From IMG/VR virus record IMGVR_UViG_3300027736_001324, positions 199,710 to 263,709 of that record: 64,000 nt of DNA. One strand, 5' to 3'. Below, one piece after another: positions 19,575 to 28,380 of the stretch. A program made the position numbers and the translations under genes. The notes beneath the pieces were generated by a model, which saw nothing but the letters and a program-made list of their open reading frames with translations, did not search any database and was not told where the DNA came from. How positions within the stretch are numbered: the first letter of the stretch is position 1; the number at the start of each line of letters is the position of its first letter.

Positions 19575-19862
19575 ATGTCAAGAATTCCAACAGACCTAAC
19601 AGATGAAGAAATTGAAGAATGCATTGATGGCAGCAGCGATGTTGATATGATACGTGAAATCATGACCATGGAAGATGTGTGGGATAAAGATAGTACTCAT
19701 ATAAATGAAGAAAACTTTGCTACACGTTTTGCTTATGCGATTGAAGGCTTCATTGATGCTGATGATCATACCCCTGAATATGATGAAGCATGGGATAACA
19801 ACTATGAGTGGGCAATGAGTATTGCCGAGAACATTAACGATTTATTAACTGAGGAAGAATAA
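19575..19862 (+). CDS. Acidic hypothetical protein
   Basis: 95 aa ORF in operon. Confidence 0.65.
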   Translation: MSRIPTDLTDEEIEECIDGSSDVDMIREIMTMEDVWDKDSTHINEENFATRFAYAIEGFIDADDHTPEYDEAWDNNYEWAMSIAENINDLLTEEE

Positions 19863-19863
19863 A

Positions 19864-20280
19864 ATGACAACATGGACATTAAAAACTCAACATAAAAAGA
19901 GTGCAATTGAAAAACAACACTGGTACAAAGACGGTAAAGAAATTATCCGTACTGAGGGTTATCGTTGGGGGATATTCTATTGCGAAAGTGATACACAACC
20001 TAAAATTGATTTAGTCAATGAGGATGGTTATCAGATTGGTAGCGATGATTATGAATGGGAACTTGAACATCTAGATGATGGTTGTTATGCTGATTGGGAA
20101 TTCCCTGAGGATATGAGTGAAGAAGAACAAGAAAAAATAACAGAGGCATGGGAAGAAGAATTCTATGATGGGCTAGAAGAATTGGGTTGGAGTTGTGATG
20201 ATACAGATTACATACTTGAAGGTCCTCTAGAGTTGTTAGATGAAGATGATAATATTGTGGGTCAAGGCGATCCAAGCTAA
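19864..20280 (+). CDS. Acidic hypothetical protein
   Basis: 138 aa ORF with GAGGA RBS. Confidence 0.7.
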   Translation: MTTWTLKTQHKKSAIEKQHWYKDGKEIIRTEGYRWGIFYCESDTQPKIDLVNEDGYQIGSDDYEWELEHLDDGCYADWEFPEDMSEEEQEKITEAWEEEFYDGLEELGWSCDDTDYILEGPLELLDEDDNIVGQGDPS

Positions 20281-20302
20281 ATAAATTTTTAAAGGAAATA
20301 AA

Positions 20303-20491
20303 ATGAACGCACATAATGATATTAAAACACAATTGGCAGCATACGAAGCCGAACATGAAAAGTTTGAAAAGGGTAATGCAGCAGCAGGAACTCGTGCCCG
20401 TAAAGCGTTGGGTGAACTAGCTAAAGCAGTTAAGGCTCGCCGTAACGAAATCACCGCTGAGAAAGCAGCACGTAAAGAAGCTAAGGCTTAA
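20303..20491 (+). CDS. Histone H1-like Hc1-family small DNA-binding protein
   Basis: KFEKGNAAAGTRARKALGELAKAVKARRNEI pattern. Confidence 0.75.
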   Translation: MNAHNDIKTQLAAYEAEHEKFEKGNAAAGTRARKALGELAKAVKARRNEITAEKAARKEAKA

Positions 20492-20493
20492 TC

Positions 20494-20700
20494 ATGGCAA
20501 CCCGCAAAAAGAAAACAGAAACTATTGATGCTACTGGACAAGATGTAGTAAAGATAGTTAAAGGTACACACTTGACAGTTACAACATTTCCAAATGGCAA
20601 AACTGAATTAGTTTGGGACGATGAAGCCCTATTGCGGGAAGTTACTGAAGCTATTGCTAGCGTTAAGCCAGCAAAAAAATCAAAAGCAAAATCAAAGTGA
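20494..20700 (+). CDS. Hypothetical basic protein
   Basis: 68 aa ORF. Confidence 0.65.
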   Translation: MATRKKKTETIDATGQDVVKIVKGTHLTVTTFPNGKTELVWDDEALLREVTEAIASVKPAKKSKAKSK

Positions 20701-20709
20701 TAAATAAAT

Positions 20710-20737
20710 ATGTAAGCAGCACAACGGTTGCTTACAT
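20710..20737 (+). promoter_or_regulatory. Stem-loop in the folE leader
   Basis: atgtaagcagc-acaacg-gttgcttacat, 11-bp stem (one G-U), just after TAAATAAATA. Confidence 0.6.
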
Positions 20738-20772
20738 TTCAAAACACAAACCATCACAAAGGAAGGTTATCT

Positions 20773-21453
20773 ATGAGTTATAATAAAACAAAAACAGATC
20801 CAGAGTTGGGTCAAAAAGTACACGAACATTTGATTAAGATGGGAGTTGAAACTCCAATCAAAGACGGAGGTCAAATTGTTGATCGTAAAGGCAAAGTACA
20901 AGTTATTGAAACTTTATTTGCTGACATTATGGTAGCGTTGGGTCTTGACTTAACTGATGACAGTCTTATGGACACCCCAAAGCGTGTAGCAAAGATGTAT
21001 GTCAACGAAATCTTTTGGGGTCTTGATTATGAAGCATTCCCTAAATGTACCGCAGTTGATAACAAAATGAAGTACAACGAAATGGTATGCGAACGCAATA
21101 TCAATGTACAAAGTAACTGTGAACATCACTTTGTCGTCATTGACGGTCTTGCTACTGTAGCATATGTTCCCAATCAAAAGGTGCTTGGATTGAGTAAAAT
21201 CAATCGTATCGTAGAATATTTTAGCAAGCGTCCACAAATTCAAGAACGATTGACTGAACAAATCTTTCACGCATTGCAATATATTCTGGAAACAGAAGAT
21301 GTTGCGGTTATGATTGACGCTAAACATTACTGTGTAGCCGCACGTGGCGTAGAAGATACTGGTAGTAGTACTGTCACTAGTAAGTTGGGCGGAGGATTTA
21401 AATCTGACCCGGCAGCAAGAGCAGAATTCTATCAACTGGCTAGGAAACAATAA
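20773..21453 (+). CDS. folE: GTP cyclohydrolase I
   Basis: DTPKRVAKMY, SNCEHH, GLSKINRIV..FSKRPQIQERLT, HYCVAARGV; start set at ATG 20773 behind GGAAGG. Confidence 0.96.
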   Translation: MSYNKTKTDPELGQKVHEHLIKMGVETPIKDGGQIVDRKGKVQVIETLFADIMVALGLDLTDDSLMDTPKRVAKMYVNEIFWGLDYEAFPKCTAVDNKMKYNEMVCERNINVQSNCEHHFVVIDGLATVAYVPNQKVLGLSKINRIVEYFSKRPQIQERLTEQIFHALQYILETEDVAVMIDAKHYCVAARGVEDTGSSTVTSKLGGGFKSDPAARAEFYQLARKQ

Positions 21454-21620
21454 TGGAAGTACAACCTAAAGATACAAGCAAGGGACATTTTTATGTTAGC
21501 CTTGTAAAGAGTGCCATCCGTATCGTAGCAGGTGCTTGCTTAATTGGAGGAAACTTGTTAATGGCAGGATATTGTCTAATCATAGCAGAAATGCTTGGTA
21601 TTGTTGAGGAGTTAGTATAA
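21453..21620 (+). CDS. Small membrane protein (55 aa, not in ORF track)
   Basis: MEVQPKDTSKGHFYVSLVKSAIRIVAGACLIGGNLLMAGYCLIIAEMLGIVEELV; start and stop overlap both neighbours. Confidence 0.7.
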   Translation: MEVQPKDTSKGHFYVSLVKSAIRIVAGACLIGGNLLMAGYCLIIAEMLGIVEELV

Positions 21621-21856
21621 TGGGATTTCATAAACCAATGGACTATAACAGTGTACATCATCAAATTTATATGGCCGGAGTAGAATTACATTCTAGTCAT
21701 AATGACGGATTCACTACTTGGGAAATCAAAAAAGATTTACATCGTATCAAGTGGTTGTTAGATGAAATCATGGCTGATGCTCCGACCTTTGCAGGAGAAG
21801 AAGAATTCTTAGATGAACATTCTAAAGTAAAGATGTGGAGAACATTGAAAAAATGA
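21620..21856 (+). CDS. Hypothetical protein
   Basis: 78 aa translationally coupled ORF. Confidence 0.7.
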   Translation: MGFHKPMDYNSVHHQIYMAGVELHSSHNDGFTTWEIKKDLHRIKWLLDEIMADAPTFAGEEEFLDEHSKVKMWRTLKK

Positions 21857-22317
21857 TATTCAATAGAATTAAAGAATTAAAACTACAAGGCTTAAAGATA
21901 GGTATTGTATTCTCACAATTTGATATTCTACACGCAGGACATATCGCAATGCTTAGTGAAGCCAAGAATCATTGTGATTACCTAATTGCTGGATTACAAA
22001 ACAATGCACAATGGGATAGACCAGATAAGAATGCACCCATTCAAAGTATTGTTGAAAGACAAATCAGTTTAAGTGCTGTCCGTTTCGTAGATGAAATTGT
22101 TGTTTACAATACTGAAAAAGATTTGGAAGACATACTGTTGACATTGCCTGTAGATGTGCGTATACTAGGGGTTGAGTACATGGAGAAAGACTTTACCGGA
22201 CGAGCAATCTGTGAGAAGCGTAAGATTGAATTAGTATTCAATAGTCGTGACCATAGTTTCAGCAGTAGCAGTTTGCGTAAGAGAGTAGCAGAAGCGGAAC
22301 AAAATAAGGTGAAATAA
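21853..22317 (+). CDS. Cytidylyltransferase-like (TagD/glycerol-3-phosphate CTase family)
   Basis: FDILHAGH (HxGH), VDEIVVY, SSSSLRKR. Confidence 0.88.
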   Translation: MIFNRIKELKLQGLKIGIVFSQFDILHAGHIAMLSEAKNHCDYLIAGLQNNAQWDRPDKNAPIQSIVERQISLSAVRFVDEIVVYNTEKDLEDILLTLPVDVRILGVEYMEKDFTGRAICEKRKIELVFNSRDHSFSSSSLRKRVAEAEQNKVK

Positions 22318-22628
22318 TGGACAGAGAAGAAGATCAGTTTACTAGAAATTTTGATGTTAAAAGAATTTCAAGAAGTTATTCTAATGCCCGTTCTCATTAC
22401 GACTCATTTAATACTTATGGTCACAAATCTTATACTTATTATAGCCATGATGATGAAATGCTAGATGTTGAAATGTCTAGACGAGGCTGGGATGAACTTA
22501 TGCGCTATTATAGAATGAATGAAAAATGTTCAGCACTAGAAACTTACGAACACGTTATGCGAGAAAAACATCCTGCTATTAAAGATGCATATGAAAAATA
22601 TCAAATGTTAATGGAGTTATACAGATGA
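22317..22628 (+). CDS. Hypothetical protein
   Basis: 103 aa coupled ORF. Confidence 0.65.
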   Translation: MDREEDQFTRNFDVKRISRSYSNARSHYDSFNTYGHKSYTYYSHDDEMLDVEMSRRGWDELMRYYRMNEKCSALETYEHVMREKHPAIKDAYEKYQMLMELYR

Positions 22629-23482
22629 CAAAGAAAATACTTATTATGGGCTTGCCTGGCGCAGGCAAAACATTCTTAGCTACGGCATTGAAGAAATACA
22701 TTGAAGAAAATTCAGGTATTCATCATTTTCCAATGGATCGTGCTGTTAATATGGAATATGTTCCACATAACTATAAATGTAGTGTAGATTGGTTCAATGC
22801 CGACGAAATTCGTAAACGATTTAATGATTGGGACTTTAGCCGTGAAGGTCGTATTCGTCAATCATTGCGTATGGCTGAGTTTGCATTAAAATGTACTAGT
22901 GACTTTGTTATATGTGACTTTGTTGCACCATTAGTTGAGATGCGTAATAACTTCAAAGCTGATTGGACTATCTGGGTCGATACTATTGACCAAGGTCGCT
23001 TTGATGACACAAACAAAGCATTTATTCCACCAGATGTATATGATTTCCGTGTGACTGAACAAAATGCTGACAAGTGGGCAGAGTTTATTGGTCAACATAT
23101 ACTAGACAATCGGCGTAGACCAGTCTTTGATTGGAAGAAAGAAACGGTACAGATGTTAGGTCGTTGGCAACCATGGCATGCTGGTCATCGTGCATTGTTT
23201 GAAAGATTGATAGCAAAAACTGGGCAAGTTGTTATTCAAGTACGTGATGTACAAGGATGGCAAGGAAGTAATCCTTTTGCGATTGAACAAGTTAAGGGGT
23301 TTATTCGTAAAGATTTGGATCCAATCTATCAAGGCCAATATGAGATACAAGTTGTACCCAATATTGTCCATATCGGATGGGGTCGTGGAGTAGGTTATAC
23401 ATCGGGTGAAGAAACATTTGATGAAAGTATTACTCAAATTAGTGCTACTAATATCCGAAAAGAAATGAATTTAGGTAAATAG
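22625..23482 (+). CDS. Fusion of APS-kinase-like P-loop domain and HIGH-family nucleotidyltransferase
   Basis: GLPGAGKT; NADEIR..DWDFSREGR.RQ; C-terminal GRWQPWHAGH and ISATNIR. Confidence 0.8.
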   Translation: MTKKILIMGLPGAGKTFLATALKKYIEENSGIHHFPMDRAVNMEYVPHNYKCSVDWFNADEIRKRFNDWDFSREGRIRQSLRMAEFALKCTSDFVICDFVAPLVEMRNNFKADWTIWVDTIDQGRFDDTNKAFIPPDVYDFRVTEQNADKWAEFIGQHILDNRRRPVFDWKKETVQMLGRWQPWHAGHRALFERLIAKTGQVVIQVRDVQGWQGSNPFAIEQVKGFIRKDLDPIYQGQYEIQVVPNIVHIGWGRGVGYTSGEETFDESITQISATNIRKEMNLGK

Positions 23483-23483
23483 A

Positions 23484-23558
23484 TATAACCGGTCTCTTAT
23501 GGGCTCATCCCGGTATACAAATTCTGCGTCCTATGCTATAATAACATAGGAGAACATC
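23484..23558 (+). promoter_or_regulatory. Structured queD leader with RBS-sequestering hairpin
   Basis: Stem accgg(23488-92)/ccggt(23510-14); stem cctatg(23530-35)/catagg(23545-50) covers the AGGAGA RBS; loop contains TATAAT. Confidence 0.55.
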
Positions 23559-24032
23559 ATGGCAAAATATATTTCAACAAAGACTTACAAGCAGATAGGT
23601 CCAGTAGCTTATCGTCAATGGCGTGCAGATAGTCATTGCAATCTAATACATGGCTACGCACTTTCATTTCATTTTGAATTTGAAGCTGATACATTAGATG
23701 CCCGTAATTGGGTAACAGACTTTGGTGGACTAAAGCCTCTAAAATCTGTATTAGAAGATTGGTTTGATCATACATTACTAGTCGCACAAGATGACCCAAT
23801 GCGTGAACATTTACTTGAGTTGGGTAGACTTAAGCTAGCAAAGATTACAGAAGTTGAAAAGACTGGCTGTGAGGGTATTGCTGATTTCTTATACGAATAC
23901 ATTAACACTATTCTATTGCCTAGCTTTGGTGCTAGTGAAGCAGAACGTGTTTGGTGTAGCAAAGTAGAAGTAAGAGAAACAGATGCTAACATGGCAATGC
24001 GTGTTGGGCATAGAGAAGATAGGGAGTTTTAA
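23559..24032 (+). CDS. queD: 6-carboxy-tetrahydropterin synthase (QueD/PTPS)
   Basis: RQW..DSHCNLIHGY, DFGGLK, FDHTLL, GCEG, VEVRET. Confidence 0.88.
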   Translation: MAKYISTKTYKQIGPVAYRQWRADSHCNLIHGYALSFHFEFEADTLDARNWVTDFGGLKPLKSVLEDWFDHTLLVAQDDPMREHLLELGRLKLAKITEVEKTGCEGIADFLYEYINTILLPSFGASEAERVWCSKVEVRETDANMAMRVGHREDREF

Positions 24033-24036
24033 TAAT

Positions 24037-24810
24037 ATGTCTATTAATAACATGAAATCGCCAATTAATTATTTCCCACTTAAAGTGGGAAACACTGAAT
24101 TAAAAAAAATTAGAAATACGTTTAGTCTACATGATATTAATCAAAAATGGATGGGATATAATCTAGAAAATAAAGAAAATAAAGAAAATGATTGGCAGGC
24201 ACATTGGCAGGCACGTGAATTTTTTATAGAATTAGAATTGGCGTACGGCAAATGTGTTACTAGTGGACTGGGATTAGGAGTAATACAAACTTTATTAGCG
24301 GAGAAAGATAACGTTACTGAAGTAATTGTATATGAAAAAAATCCAGATGTTATTGAAATGTTTAAAATTTTAGCCGAGAAATCAAATATTGATACTTCTA
24401 AAATCGTAATAATAAATGAAGATGCGAATAATATAAAAAATATTACATGTGATTGTTTATTTTTGGATCATTTTGAATATGAACCCTTTAGTGAAATAGA
24501 AGAAACAGTTAAAAGAATAGCTTCTCAAAATACAATCAATATAGTATGGTTTTGGCCTGCATGGCGTGTGTTTTCACTATATTGTATAGATACGAATAAA
24601 GAGATAAATGAAAATTCTTTTTTAGAATGGACATCAACTTTAAACATATCTAAATTTCCAAACCAGATACCATCTCACTTGTTTGATAATTTAATTGAAT
24701 TTATTAATCCTATTTGGGATAACTTAAACGCACCAAACAAACATAAAATTGAAGCAAATAAACAGAAGAATGAGTTAATTAATTTTTTTAAAAAACGCAA
24801 TACAAATTAA
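24037..24810 (+). CDS. Class I SAM-dependent methyltransferase-like (spermidine-synthase-like motif)
   Basis: TSGLGLGVI motif I, VYEKN.DVI, INEDA, LFLDHF; very AT-rich. Confidence 0.65.
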   Translation: MSINNMKSPINYFPLKVGNTELKKIRNTFSLHDINQKWMGYNLENKENKENDWQAHWQAREFFIELELAYGKCVTSGLGLGVIQTLLAEKDNVTEVIVYEKNPDVIEMFKILAEKSNIDTSKIVIINEDANNIKNITCDCLFLDHFEYEPFSEIEETVKRIASQNTINIVWFWPAWRVFSLYCIDTNKEINENSFLEWTSTLNISKFPNQIPSHLFDNLIEFINPIWDNLNAPNKHKIEANKQKNELINFFKKRNTN

Positions 24811-24825
24811 TTAAGGAACATATTA

Positions 24826-25674
24826 ATGGCAAAATTAAAAGTCGCAGAATTATTCTATAGCATTCAAGGTGAAGGTCGCTATATGGGCGTCCCTTCTGTC
24901 TTTCTACGCACATTTGGATGTAACTTCAAATGTGCAGGGTTTGGTATGCCTAAGGGCGAACTAAGCAAAGAAGTAGAAGATATCGCTAGTCGCATACATT
25001 ACTATACTGATTATAAACAACTACCATTGGTCAGTACAGGCTGTGATAGTTATGCTAGTTGGGACCCAAGATTCAAAGACTTAAGTCCGATGCTTGAAAC
25101 AGATAGTATTGTTGATAGCATTATGGATATGCTACCACACAATCGTTGGTTGAGTGAACATCTTGTTATCACAGGCGGCGAACCATTATTAGGTTGGCAA
25201 CGTAGTTATGTTGATTTGCTTTCACATGAAAACATGCGCGGATTACAAGAATTAACTTTTGAAACTAACGGAACACAAGAATTGCAACAAGACTTAAAAA
25301 TCTTTTTACATAAATGGTGTATCAGTCGTAGCATGGGTGCAATAACATTTAGCGTCAGTCCTAAACTAAGTATCAGCGGAGAGAAGTGGGAAGAAGCAAT
25401 AAGACCTGAAGTTGTATATGAATATACTCAAGTGGGTCATGTATATCTTAAATTTGTTGTAGCAAACAAACAAGACGTAGAAGAAGCACAAGAAGCGGTT
25501 AATGAATACAGTAAGCGTGGCTTTAGAGGTCATGTATATTTGATGCCTTGCGGCGGTGTTGAAAGTTTATATAATATGAATGCTAGAACAGTTGCTAATG
25601 AAGCAATGCGTTTAGGCTGGCGTTATAGTGATAGACTTCAGGTACCTCTTTTCAAGAACGCATGGAATACTTGA
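24826..25674 (+). CDS. queE: 7-carboxy-7-deazaguanine synthase (radical SAM)
   Basis: ELFYSIQGEG, VFLRTFGCNFKC..GCDS, ITGGEPLL, FETNGT, SVSPKL. Confidence 0.93.
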   Translation: MAKLKVAELFYSIQGEGRYMGVPSVFLRTFGCNFKCAGFGMPKGELSKEVEDIASRIHYYTDYKQLPLVSTGCDSYASWDPRFKDLSPMLETDSIVDSIMDMLPHNRWLSEHLVITGGEPLLGWQRSYVDLLSHENMRGLQELTFETNGTQELQQDLKIFLHKWCISRSMGAITFSVSPKLSISGEKWEEAIRPEVVYEYTQVGHVYLKFVVANKQDVEEAQEAVNEYSKRGFRGHVYLMPCGGVESLYNMNARTVANEAMRLGWRYSDRLQVPLFKNAWNT

Positions 25675-25768
25675 TGAATTTCTTTTGGGGATTCTTACTT
25701 GGATATATAGTAGGTGTATTATACATGTGCTATCGTTCCAATATAGATGCTAGAGTGGATAGAGAATA

Positions 25769-26026
25769 ATGCCCTCAAGTGATTGGACTACACAATCAGC
25801 CGATGCTTATCATTTTAAAAGATGTGTTATGGGTAGAAAATTAAAGTTTACCCTATTGCCTAGACGATGCTATGTAACAAAGCGTATAATGTGGTTAGAG
25901 AGTGCATATTGTATTACCGCAGGATACAGAGCACGAGCACATTTTGGTGATAGCATTTATGTTTATGAACATCGTTGGTATGATAAAGATGAATATTTAA
26001 TAGCAAGATTAAGGGATTTAGTATGA
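25769..26026 (+). CDS. Hypothetical protein
   Basis: 85 aa coupled ORF; a 31-aa hydrophobic ORF lies at 25674-25769. Confidence 0.6.
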   Translation: MPSSDWTTQSADAYHFKRCVMGRKLKFTLLPRRCYVTKRIMWLESAYCITAGYRARAHFGDSIYVYEHRWYDKDEYLIARLRDLV

Positions 26027-26217
26027 GATTTGAAATGCGTTGGCTTATTACAGCAGGATGGGATGGGCCTGAGAAGATATTACAATATCGTTATCAAACA
26101 GAAATAACAGACTATGCTTCACAGAATCCTAGAACAGGTGGATTTCTTAAACGGGCAGGATTTACCGAATGGGTTACTGTTCCTTCAGTAGATGAGGTAT
26201 GGAATGCGGACATATAA
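26023..26217 (+). CDS. Hypothetical protein
   Basis: 64 aa coupled ORF. Confidence 0.6.
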   Translation: MRFEMRWLITAGWDGPEKILQYRYQTEITDYASQNPRTGGFLKRAGFTEWVTVPSVDEVWNADI

Positions 26218-27562
26218 CAAAAGAATAGGCTTTCTAATTGCCGATCAGCACTTTATCCCGCATGGTGGCATAGGTCAATTCGCTAAAGGCTTTACTGAAA
26301 TGTGTCAACGTATCAACTGGAAAGTTGATATTATACTAGACAAACAACCAACAAATGAATTTAGCGACTATGTAAAATCGTTAGGTGCTAACATTGTCTA
26401 TCCATCTAATCCATTACGCTATTCATCACATACAGCTACATTCGCATTTAGTGATAGCATTAACTTTGAGAAGATGGTTAACTTTAGAGAAAGTATACTA
26501 CAGGCTTTTCAAACAAATATCTATGATATGTTAGTATGTAATACACAGGAAGCAATGAGTGCTGCTTATGCCATGGGTATAGGCAAGTATATCCCAGTAG
26601 TATTCTATACACATTCATACAGCATGGTCTTCCGTGATGAACAAGATTTTAGTGACGTATGTATAGATGAGTATCATAACTTTTTTAATAAGCATATGGA
26701 ACTATCACATAGTTTTGTAGGAACTCAAAGTCAAAAGAACGTTGATGAGATGACCAAGTATGGAGCAAAGAATGTTTCATTGTTGCGTATGCCATTAAGT
26801 GAACGTGGATTACTGGACCCTAGTATTGGTCCTCGCAAGGGTGTATTGTTTATTGGACGATGGGAAGAACGCAAGAACCCGTCTGCCTATATCAAAATAA
26901 TGAAAGAAACACAACTACCCTGTAAAGTAATGACTAATAGTAATGGTGCTAAGAAGTTTGAGAAAGCATTTAGTGAAGCTGGTATTACTGATTACGAAAT
27001 TAAAATTGCTATCGTTGGACAAGAGAAAGTAGATTTCATTAAGAGTTGTAAAGTATTCTTTATGCCAGCATTGGGTGAGAACTATCCATTTGCTTTTAGT
27101 GAATGTTTGGGGCATATGCCATGTGTTGTTTTAGATAATCAAGAATGGTCTGATAACTTTGATAGTAAGTATTTCTATAAAGAGAAACTAGCCAATGCTG
27201 GAAATCTAATTAAATTATTATACAATGTTGACAACTACTATGATACCGGCGCATTAGATTATATCAAGCAATTAGATAATGATACTGCACAAGGTTGGAT
27301 ACAATTCTTAGATAACTTTGTAGCAAAGCGTAGCAATACTAATGCCGCAAAGATTAACAACTATGATACAGTATGCTATAGAGATTATATTAAAGAATTA
27401 GATCGTGGGCATTTGGCTCGGGAAGATTTTGAAAGTGTATTGGCTAATCGTCATAAGTTTATCATTAATACATACACAGATGATAATAGCTATTTAAGTA
27501 AAGACCCGGTTTATAAACCAATTGAAGAGGAAACAGGCGAGAGTCTGTTTGAATTTGTATGA
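26204..27562 (+). CDS. GT4-like (GT-B) glycosyltransferase with C-terminal SLFEF motif
   Basis: PHGGIG, LFIGRWEERKNP, ENYPFAFSECLG. Confidence 0.85.
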   Translation: MRTYNKRIGFLIADQHFIPHGGIGQFAKGFTEMCQRINWKVDIILDKQPTNEFSDYVKSLGANIVYPSNPLRYSSHTATFAFSDSINFEKMVNFRESILQAFQTNIYDMLVCNTQEAMSAAYAMGIGKYIPVVFYTHSYSMVFRDEQDFSDVCIDEYHNFFNKHMELSHSFVGTQSQKNVDEMTKYGAKNVSLLRMPLSERGLLDPSIGPRKGVLFIGRWEERKNPSAYIKIMKETQLPCKVMTNSNGAKKFEKAFSEAGITDYEIKIAIVGQEKVDFIKSCKVFFMPALGENYPFAFSECLGHMPCVVLDNQEWSDNFDSKYFYKEKLANAGNLIKLLYNVDNYYDTGALDYIKQLDNDTAQGWIQFLDNFVAKRSNTNAAKINNYDTVCYRDYIKELDRGHLAREDFESVLANRHKFIINTYTDDNSYLSKDPVYKPIEEETGESLFEFV

Positions 27563-28380
27563 AAAAAGTATTAATAACAGGTAACAGTGGTTACATCGGT
27601 AGTCATCTTAGTAAGATGCTACGCACAGATTATCAAATATATGGATTGGATATTAATCCATCACAATACTCCGTTACCGATCATTATCAACTCAATATCA
27701 ATAAGGTGTTTAATATTGATATGGAATTTGACGCAGTAATTCATTTAGCAGCATTAGTTAATGTTAGTGAAAGTGAAAGAATGCCCATTCAATATTACAT
27801 CACTAACTTAAATGGTACAATGAATGTTATCAATAAAGTAAAGACAAAGAACTTTATCTTTGCTAGCACTGGTGCTGCACAAGATTGTGAAAGTGCATAT
27901 GGTATCAGTAAACGTGCTGCTGAGGATGTGGTGCGTGAGTATTGTACAGTACACAATCCCAAAGATTACACTATCTTTAGATTCTATAACGTAATCGGTA
28001 GTGATGGGTTTGCGCCAACTAATCCAGACGGATTGATGTATAACCTGATGAAGGCTAAAGAGAGAGGCGAGTTTACTATCTACGGTACTGACTATGGTTC
28101 AAGTGACGGTACTTGTGTGCGTGATTACGTTCATGTTAATGAGATATGTGACGCATTATCTAGTGCTATTGAAAAGCCAAGCAATCAGATAGAATGCTTG
28201 GGGCATGGAGTTGGACATTCAGTTAGAGATATTGTTAATCTATATAAAAAGGTTAACAACGTTGAATTTCTAGTAAAGCACGGACCAAGAAGAAAGGGTG
28301 ACTTAGCAGTATCTGTATTAGATAATGTGTCACCCTATATGAAAGAGTTATACTCTTTGGAAGAACTACTTAAGGTCTAA
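27559..28380 (+). CDS. NAD-dependent epimerase/dehydratase (GalE-like)
   Basis: ITGNSGYIG, HLAA, FAST, YGISK, FRFYNV, RDYVHV, RRKGD. Confidence 0.93.
   Translation: MKKVLITGNSGYIGSHLSKMLRTDYQIYGLDINPSQYSVTDHYQLNINKVFNIDMEFDAVIHLAALVNVSESERMPIQYYITNLNGTMNVINKVKTKNFIFASTGAAQDCESAYGISKRAAEDVVREYCTVHNPKDYTIFRFYNVIGSDGFAPTNPDGLMYNLMKAKERGEFTIYGTDYGSSDGTCVRDYVHVNEICDALSSAIEKPSNQIECLGHGVGHSVRDIVNLYKKVNNVEFLVKHGPRRKGDLAVSVLDNVSPYMKELYSLEELLKV

Noticed and set aside
23484-23558. Known preQ1 riboswitch upstream of queD
   Set aside because: It lacks the preQ1-I loop and A-rich tail consensus and does not fit class II/III as I recall them. Kept only as an unassigned leader.
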